Assembly: GCF_022539665.2 (NCBI RefSeq)
Contig: NC_081332.1
Span: 3,720,001-3,784,000, forward strand
Origin: Daphnia carinata
Lineage: Eukaryota
Direction: 5' to 3'
Length of the DNA: 64,000 bases
Part shown: positions 56,484 through 64,000 of the stretch, one piece after another
Numbering within the stretch: position 1 is the first letter of the stretch
How the letters are laid out: every line of letters begins with the position of its first letter
Notes under the pieces: model-generated
The model's database searches: none
What the model saw: the letters and a program-made list of their open reading frames with translations, nothing else
Told to the model about the DNA's origin: nothing
Translations under genes and position numbers: made by a program

Positions 56484-57861
56484 GAGGGTAACCTGAGGCC
56501 GAAGAGGACACTGTGCAACGAGAATCGCCGTCGCAGCCACTGGAATATCGCCTAGGATTCTGAGGTATATATTCAAAAATTCAGTATCTCGCCATGTTTT
56601 TTTTTGTTTTTTTCTTATATTGTTTCTAGGAAGGCTACATCTCCACCGAAGAGGATCGTTGGTCAACGAGAGTTATAGCCAGGCTCGTAGCCCAAAATTT
56701 GCAAGGTATATATAAAAAACTTTAAGTGTCTTGTCATGTTCTATGTATTAATCTGTGTATAGGAGGGTTGGCAACAGCACCGAGGAGGATTACTGGACGT
56801 CGAGAATCGCCGCCAAAGTCGCCAAGGAATGCCAGGTAACTTTAACAATTTTAAGTGCCTAATCGTGTTTTTTAAAATATGTATTTGGGATAGTCTACAT
56901 CATCACCGAGGTGGGTCACTAGACAACGAGGTTCGGCGTCGATCAGGAATTGTCGCCCAAAATTGTGAAGTATTTAATTGAAAGTCTTGGGTTTTGATTT
57001 ATGATTCTATTTGTTTTTATGTTTTTTAGGGCCTCACCACCATAGAAGAGGATGCTGGATGTCGAGGATCGCCGCTGGAGCAACAAGATCGTCGCAATGG
57101 ATATTACAGGTATATGTTTTACACGTTTAAGTGTCTAATCATGTTTTTTTTTTTAATGTACTTAGGATGGTCCATATCACCACCGAAGAGGGCAACTGGA
57201 CAACGAGGTTCGCCGTCGGAGCCACCAGGATCGTCGCCTAAAATTGTCAAGTATTTCCTTGATAATTTTTATCATTAATTCATAGACCATTGCTTTATGT
57301 TGTTTTTTTATGTGTTTAGGAAGGTGTCATTGTCGCCGAAGAGGATCATTGGACAACGTGGTTCGCTGTCGGATCAACCAGGGTTGTCGCTTAAAATTAT
57401 CAAGTATTTCATTGAAAGTTGTAAGTTTTACACTATGATTTTATTTATTTTTTTGTGTATTTATAGGAGGGCGTCACCACCATCGAAGAGGACGCTGGAC
57501 ATCAAGGATAGCTGTCGGAGCTACAAGGATTGTTGCCCAAATAGTCCAGTGATTAATTCAAAGTTTGAAGTTTTACGCTATGATTTAATTTTGTTTTTGT
57601 GCATTTAGGAGGGCCTTACCACCAGCCAAGAGGGTGCTGCGTATCGATGATTGGCGTTGGAGCAACAAGATCGTCGCCATGGATGTTTCAGGTGTATTTT
57701 TTACACGTTTATCTAATCAATGTTTTTTTTTTTTTTTATATATTTCGCAGGGTCCGTTTTCGCCCAAGAGGGTTACTAAATGTGGCTCGTCGTTGGAGCA
57801 ACGGGAATTGGCGTCCATCCCTGAGATTCGCGCCCTTAGGTCGATGGAAAAATTAAGCTGG
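56484..57861 (+). repeat. Tandem array of 10 exon+intron units (~140-bp period) encoding degenerate SPPKR..GQRGSPS..PGSSPKI repeats
   Basis: GC-rich ~72-84 nt modules (..CACCGAAGAGG..GGACAACGAG..TCGCC..) begin near 56484, 56630, 56763, 56893, 57030, 57166, 57320, 57467, 57609 and 57751. Most are flanked by T-rich..AG and GT(A). Some copies carry stops or indels. Confidence 0.8.
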
Positions 57862-60051
57862 TACGGTTGAGTATTGCCTATTGGCATTTTTCTACTTTAT
57901 TCCGTGTTATTCGTGTGAGATATAAATGTGTTGCCCTTGTCCTTAATTCCTTACCGTTATTTTCCTCTAAGCATTATGACTTATCGTTCTAACTTTCACT
58001 CAGCACGCAAATTCACTACACCTGTATAGCACTTTACTGTGTTTTTTGCACCGGGTTGGGATTAGTGTATCAGGTAATGTAGCCCAGCTTACATTGGTTT
58101 CATGCTAAGTATTTAGTTGGCGCAGGTTTTCTAACACTAATTGCTTCTAAAACAACTAGTAAAACATTATTAATATATCACTGCGTACTCATTTCTTTTG
58201 AGTATGGTCTAGTGACTCGAATAATATCTGAGTACAAAAATAATTAATCGCGTGTGATAGGGTTGCTAAACGGTAACACCGACAACCCGATAAAAACGTG
58301 ATGGCGCAGTAACCCCTCCAACCTGTTCCATAGATAAGAACGAACAACCCGCTGTGCAAGCAACCGGCTAGAGCAATACGGGTTTGTGGGGCTAACTCTG
58401 ATCCTACAGTATTCCTCAACGAATTGGATGTATTGCAACATTATCTCACAAATATGTCTGAACATGGAGCTCTTCACAGCAGTTTTTTCTGAGTGCAGAA
58501 AGTTAGGCAAACCAAAGATACCGGTACATATTTAACAATTTCATGTTAACGATTCTTTATTCAGCATTTAATTCAGCTTTGATTATTTTAGAATATTGAA
58601 GACGTGAAGTGAACGCAAATCAAACAAATCATCATTGACTTGCCGCAGGGTTAAAATGTTAGTGGGGTATAATACAGCATGCGACTATAAGGTATCAATA
58701 TATAAAGCCTTGACCATAGAAGGGAAAATCAAGGGTATAGTAGAAATCCTTGGTCGGGAAAATCAGACCCGAACCGTAAGTTGTAGTTCATTCCATTAAT
58801 TTCACTTAAAAAAGAAAAAGAAAATCACAGTAGTTCGTTCACCTGCAAGCGATATGCATTAGTGTAGGTCATTGCTTGAAATGATGGTGCAGTAATTCAG
58901 AGAATTTGAATCTTCTCCAAGCTGGATATGTTTTATTATTATTTTTTTTTATACAAACTGGCTAGGATAACAGCTGTTAAATGAACTGGGGATTTGTAAA
59001 TAATATAAACAACCGATGTAAAATATAAAGCACTTCTAATGTGCCGGATGGGGAATATTGGTATTAGATTAAATAATCGTTGACGGTCATTGTAAGAAAG
59101 AAGATTGTAACTATGTTACTTGAGTTGTTCTATAATGATAGTAATTATTTATGAGAAATCTGTACCTTAATTATTTAAGTGTTGAATATTTTTTAATTAT
59201 TAAAAATATTTAGAAAAAATAAACATTGGGGTTTAGGTTATTGGAAATAGGTTACGAACATTAATAATAATCGCGCTTGGTATTTAGTTGATGTAGTTTT
59301 ATTAATAACGATTGCGTTCAAAACACGCTAGTCGCTTGTGATCGGATTACATATCCAAGAAAAATTGACGGGGCTAATAAAACAACAGCCCGTTATCTGC
59401 TCCGTAAATTATGACAACCCGATCGAATCAAATAAGTAAGTATAAATAAATATGTAAATAATAAATAATGAATTTAAGTCGGGCGGTTTCCCTTAGCAAT
59501 ATTAGATACTTTGCAACGCTGTTAAAATGTTTGTACATGAAAATGCTCAGTCTCGTCCGTGACCTTGTCAACTCTGTCACAATGTCATGTTCTAAAATCA
59601 GTAAACAGGCTGAGCTAATCTTGCAACAAATGAGACTTCATCTTGGATTTACACTGTCTTGAACAAAAGATACTCTTTTTAGTGACTGTTCAAACACTGA
59701 AATTCATGGATAAATCGAATGATGGAACTTTTCTATTTTTTGATGTTATTGTACTTTTTGTTGTTTTTATTACTTAATTTTTTATTTAATTAATTTAATA
59801 TTTTATTTACTCTGGTGTCTACTCTCTCCCGCGTGAAAGGATTGTTTGTATTAATTTAGTGACGATTATACTTTGATTTAACACAATGCAGACTAGAAGA
59901 ACCGATTTATGTTTTATTGTTTAATTTTCTGTATTTTGAATATCTGGGAAACATTTACACATTCATTATACACAATTTATTACTACTGAAACACAACACT
60001 ATTGACACTACATACAACAACTATACACAATTGTACATGCTCTGAATTTTC

Positions 60052-60122
60052 AGTAACTATGGGGTATTGAACCCTAATATTCGGCGTAGCTTGCAGATGC
60101 TCAACCATTGAGCTGTAGTCAC
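60052..60122 (-). pseudogene. tRNA-like element, 71-nt cloverleaf with non-canonical anticodon loop (left-arm copy)
   Basis: GTGACTA-CA-GCTC AATGGTT GAGC-A-TCTGC AAGCTAC GCCGA-ATAT-TAGGG TTCAATA CCCCA-TAGTTAC. 7-bp acceptor stem and 4-bp D stem are intact; U8 and U33 are missing. Confidence 0.7.
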
Positions 60123-60190
60123 TTACAATTTCAATGTTTTATACCTTGAGTCAACGCACGAAAATATTGTATAGTTAATGTTTTAATCTT

Positions 60191-60660
60191 GCTATACTAT
60201 TTGTCAGTCTGACCAGTAAGTGTATGTGTATCATGGCGTATATGTAGAGGATCCAATTACGGTGTGAGAAGTTTGAGGTTCAAATCCAGTAAGGTATAGA
60301 AATAACAAAAAAGCATTAATTAAACGTAACAATTTTTTACTTCTTCTTCATATTTTAACCTTGCTATAGTATTTGGCAGTCTGACCAATTGATGTACATG
60401 TAACATGGCATGTCTGTAGAGGGTCCGGCTACGATGTAAGAAGATTAAGGTTCAAATCCATTAAGGGGTAAAAAAAAAATCGACAATTGAATAATATATC
60501 TTATGTTTTAACTGTCACTCAAATTTTTGAAAATGTGTAAAAGATGACGTTTCGCTATACCATTGGTTAGTCTGACCATACATTTTACAAGTGTTATAGC
60601 TTATGTGTAGAGAATCCGGCTACGGTATTAGAAGACTAGGTTTCAAATCATAGGCATTGC
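60191..60660 (+). repeat. Three tandem tRNA-Arg(ACG)-like degenerate units (period 172/191 bp), mirrored at ~61680-62144
   Basis: Each unit is GCTATA..AGTCTGACCA..GTAGAG..TCCGGCTACG(G/A)T..AGAAG..GGTTCAAATCC. B-box-like motifs at 60277-60287, 60449-60459 and 60639-60649. Confidence 0.7.
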
Positions 60661-60774
60661 TAAAGTTATCGAATAACATGCATTAAATACTTTTATGTTT
60701 ATTATATTATATTTATTGAATATGTGTAATAGGTTGTCTAAAGATGACTTGCAAAAATGGTTGTCAGCAGAATG

Positions 60775-60847
60775 TGACTCATGGCTCAATGGTAGAGCAT
60801 TGGCTTCGTAAGTCGAATGATTTGGGATCGATCCCCAAAAGAGTTCA
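60775..60847 (+). pseudogene. tRNA-Thr(CGT)-like element
   Basis: TG-GCTC AATGGTA GAGC-A-TTGGC TT CGT AA GTCGA-ATGAT-TTGGG ATCGATC CCCAA. D, anticodon and T arms all pair; the acceptor stem pairs only partly (GACTC/GAGTT with a bulge). The right-arm copy (~61550-61588) lacks the 5' half. Confidence 0.7.
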
Positions 60848-61228
60848 ATCCTAAAATAAATGATTCAAATGAACGAATAGTATCTTCAAAGTTTTCTGAA
60901 ATTTCAATTGCTATGCAACAATTCCAAAAGTAAAAGACATGATATGTGTCTCTGGCTACGGTTAAGATCCGTTGTAAATTATACAAATTTCTAGATACTC
61001 TATAAAGAGTGACATATCATATTTACTATGCTACGATTAAAAACCATTGTAAATTATACAAATTTCTATATACTCAATAAAGAGTAACATACCATATTTT
61101 TTGAAAATTTTTACCTTTTTCGAGATTAACATTTGGTAAAATATCCGTTCGCGTGCTTCGCACGAAGTTACCCAACTCGACTGGCCCCGTGGAATCGTGA
61201 CACCTGGGAAGGTAGGAAGACTGTGGAA

Positions 61229-61306
61229 TCGGAGACCTGACTGGGAATCGAACCAGGAAGCTTCGAGTTGTGAAGCGGACGCTTTGCCTTTCTGGCATCT
61301 GCCCCC
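61229..61306 (-). pseudogene. Degenerate tRNA-like element with a CAC (Val-type) loop in the palindrome spacer
   Basis: Minus strand ...AAAGCGTCCGC TT CAC AA CTCGAAGCTTCCTGGTTCGATTCCCAG...; perfect B box GGTTCGATTCC, but the stems are poorly paired. Confidence 0.5.
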
Positions 61307-62212
61307 CTATATCCCCCCATTGGGGTAAGGTTTTCTATTGACTTGCGCGCACTGTTCTGTTACGTAAGTGTTAAGGACTTAAACTTTCCTGAAGTGTCAC
61401 AAGTATCTCAATGGTAGAGCATAGACATAGTTATATTTACAACGGATTTGAACCAGAGACACGCAGTCTTTCAATTTTTGAATTCGTTGCAATGCATTTG
61501 AAAGGAAAATTTGAAATAATTAGTTCATTTGCATGAATTATTTTAGATTGAACTCTTTTGGGGATCGATCCCAAATCATTCGACTTTGCAATATTTGAAT
61601 CATTTTTGATCTTTAGACAACCTATTAACATATTCAATAAATATAATATAATAAACATAAAAGTATTTCCATGTTACGATTCTACGATTTGAAACCTAGT
61701 CTTCTCATACCGTAGCCGAATTCTCTTCACATATGCTATAACATTTTTGAAATGTATGGTCAGACTAACCAATGGTATAGCGAAACGTCATCTTTTACAC
61801 ATTTTCAAAAATTTGAGTGACAGTTAAAACATAAGATATATTATTCAATTGTCGATTTTTTTTTTACCCCTTAATGGATTTGAACCTTAATCTTCTTACA
61901 TCGTAGCCGGACCCTCTACAGACATGCCATGTTACATGTACATCAATTGGTCAGACTGCCAAATACTATAGCAAGGTTAAAATATGAAGAAGAAGTAAAA
62001 AATTGTTACGTTTAATTAATGCTTTTTTGTTATTTCTATACCTTACTGGATTTGAACCTCAAACTTCTCACACCGTAATTGGATCCTCTACATATACGCC
62101 ATGATACACATACACTTACTGGTCAGACTGACAAATAGTATAGCAAGATTAAAACATTAACTATACAATATTTTCGTGCGTTGACTCAAGGTATAAAACA
62201 TTGAAATTGTAA

Positions 62213-62283
62213 GTGACTACAGCTCAATGGTTGAGCATCTGCAAGCTACGCCGAATATTAGGGTTCAATACCCCATAGTTACT
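62213..62283 (+). pseudogene. tRNA-like element (right-arm mirror of 60052-60122)
   Basis: Same 71-nt cloverleaf, with TATAAAA ~20 nt upstream (62192-62198). Confidence 0.7.
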
Positions 62284-64000
62284 GAAAATTCAGAGCATGT
62301 ACAATTGTGTATAGTTGTTGTATGTAGTGTCAATAGTGTTGTGTTTCAGTAGTAATAAATTGTGTATAATGAATGTGTAAATGTTTCCCAGATATTCAAA
62401 ATACAGAAAATTAAACAATAAAACATAAATCGGTTCTTCTAGTCTGCATTGTGTTAAATCAAAGTATAATCGTCACTAAATTAATACAAACAATCCTTTC
62501 ACGCGGGAGAGAGTAGACACCAGAGTAAATAAAATATTAAATTAATTAAATAAAAAATTAAGTAATAAAAACAACAAAAAGTACAATAACATCAAAAAAT
62601 AGAAAAGTTCCATCATTCGATTTATCCATGAATTTCAGTGTTTGAACAGTCATTAAAAAGAGTATCTTTTGTTCAAGACAGTGTAAATCCAAGATGAAGT
62701 CTCATTTGTTGCAAGATTAGCTCAGCCTGTTTACTGATTTTAGAACATGACATTGTGACAGAGTTGACAAGGTCACGGACGAGACTGAGCATTTTCATGT
62801 ACAAACATTTTAACAGCGTTGCAAAGTATCTAATATTGCTAAGGGAAACCGCCCGACTTAAATTCATTATTTATTATTTACATATTTATTTATACTTACT
62901 TATTTGATTCGATCGGGTTGTCATAATTTACGGAGCAGATAACGGGCTGTTGTTTTATTAGCCCCGTCAATTTTTCTTGGATATGTAATCCGATCACAAG
63001 CGACTAGCGTGTTTTGAACGCAATCGTTATTAATAAAACTACATCAACTAAATACCAAGCGCGATTATTATTAATGTTCGTAACCTATTTCCAATAACCT
63101 AAACCCCAATGTTTATTTTTTCTAAATATTTTTAATAATTAAAAAATATTCAACACTTAAATAATTAAGGTACAGATTTCTCATAAATAATTACTATCAT
63201 TATAGAACAACTCAAGTAACATAGTTACAATCTTCTTTCTTACAATGACCGTCAACGATTATTTAATCTAATACCAATATTCCCCATCCGGCACATTAGA
63301 AGTGCTTTATATTTTACATCGGTTGTTTATATTATTTACAAATCCCCAGTTCATTTAACAGCTGTTATCCTAGCCAGTTTGTATAAAAAAAAATAATAAT
63401 AAAACATATCCAGCTTGGAGAAGATTCAAATTCTCCGAATTACTGCACCATCATTTCAAGCAATGACCTACACTAATGCATATCGCTTGCAGGTGAACGA
63501 ACTACTGTGATTTTCTTTTTCTTTTTTAAGTGAAATTAATGGAATGAACTACAACTTACGGTTCGGGTCTGATTTTCCCGACCAAGGATTTCTACTATAC
63601 CCTTGATTTTCCCTTCTATGGTCAAGGCTTTATATATTGATACCTTATAGTCGCATGCTGTATTATACCCCACTAACATTTTAACCCTGCGGCAAGTCAA
63701 TGATGATTTGTTTGATTTGCGTTCACTTCACGTCTTCAATATTCTAAAATAATCAAAGCTGAATTAAATGCTGAATAAAGAATCGTTAACATGAAATTGT
63801 TAAATATGTACCGGTATCTTTGGTTTGCCTAACTTTCTGCACTCAGAAAAAACTGCTGTGAAGAGCTCCATGTTCAGACATATTTGTGAGATAATGTTGC
63901 AATACATCCAATTCGTTGAGGAATACTGTAGGACCAGAGTCAGCCCCACAAACCCGTATTGCTCGAGCCGGTTGCTTGCACAGCGGGTTGTTCGTTCTTA

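Larger units (their letters stand above)
58335..64000. repeat. Giant inverted repeat: near-identical arms 58335-60585 / 61750-64000, diverged inner arms ~60586-60984 / ~61432-61749, ~450-bp spacer
   Basis: The window end reverse-complements to 58335 onward. Identical 64-aa ORFs at 59468-59662(+) and 62673-62867(-) give the same coordinate sum (122335), so there are no net indels. Only a few substitutions were seen (58370, 58394, 58401, 58899, 59682). Confidence 0.97.

Noticed and set aside
55542..58020. TGTAG...CTACA termini suggesting a solo LTR or LTR element
   Set aside because: No matching target-site duplication, no second LTR and no gag/pol remnants recognised.
59468..59662. Duplicated 64-aa ORF (also 62673-62867) as a real gene pair
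   Set aside because: The identity simply reflects the palindrome; there is no recognisable domain or independent coding signal.
60191..60660. CRISPR-like repeat-spacer appearance of the ~172-191 bp units (also the 56.5-57.9 kb array)
   Set aside because: Eukaryotic context, long degenerate units with homologous 'spacers', and no cas genes.
60052..62283. Calling the tRNA-like elements functional tRNA genes
   Set aside because: Each lacks invariant features (U8/U33, an intact acceptor stem or paired arms), so they are recorded as pseudo-tRNAs.

Overview
Intron-rich eukaryotic DNA, very probably from a water flea (Daphnia-like cladoceran): the encoded PDH peptide NSELINSLLGLPRFMKVV-G matches the known Daphnia PDH, and most introns are short (50-100 bp). 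Bases 1-48.4k are ordinary gene-bearing sequence: AMPK-alpha (-), Atg3 (+), mRpL46 (+), drk/Grb2 (-), Brambleberry/Kar5-Gex1 family (+), an intronless class A GPCR (-), a multidomain Cht10-type chitinase (3 GH18 + 4 CBM14, -), an ~11 kb homopolymer-rich intergenic/5'UTR region, the PDH precursor (+), Opa1 (+) and a Hes/Sidpn-like bHLH-Orange gene (+). From ~49.1 kb the character changes to a mosaic of decayed, intron-retaining gene pieces: a short inverted/direct repeat cluster, a truncated SLC4A11 pseudogene, an HP1-like chromo/chromoshadow remnant and a 10-unit tandem exon array. The window ends in a giant palindrome. Its near-identical arms are at least 2.25 kb each and run off the right edge, its inner arms are more diverged, and its core is packed with about a dozen tRNA-like/B-box elements of several isotypes. 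That palindrome with its tRNA-like array is the most unusual structure here. All calls are by eye, and exon boundaries and repeat ends are approximate.
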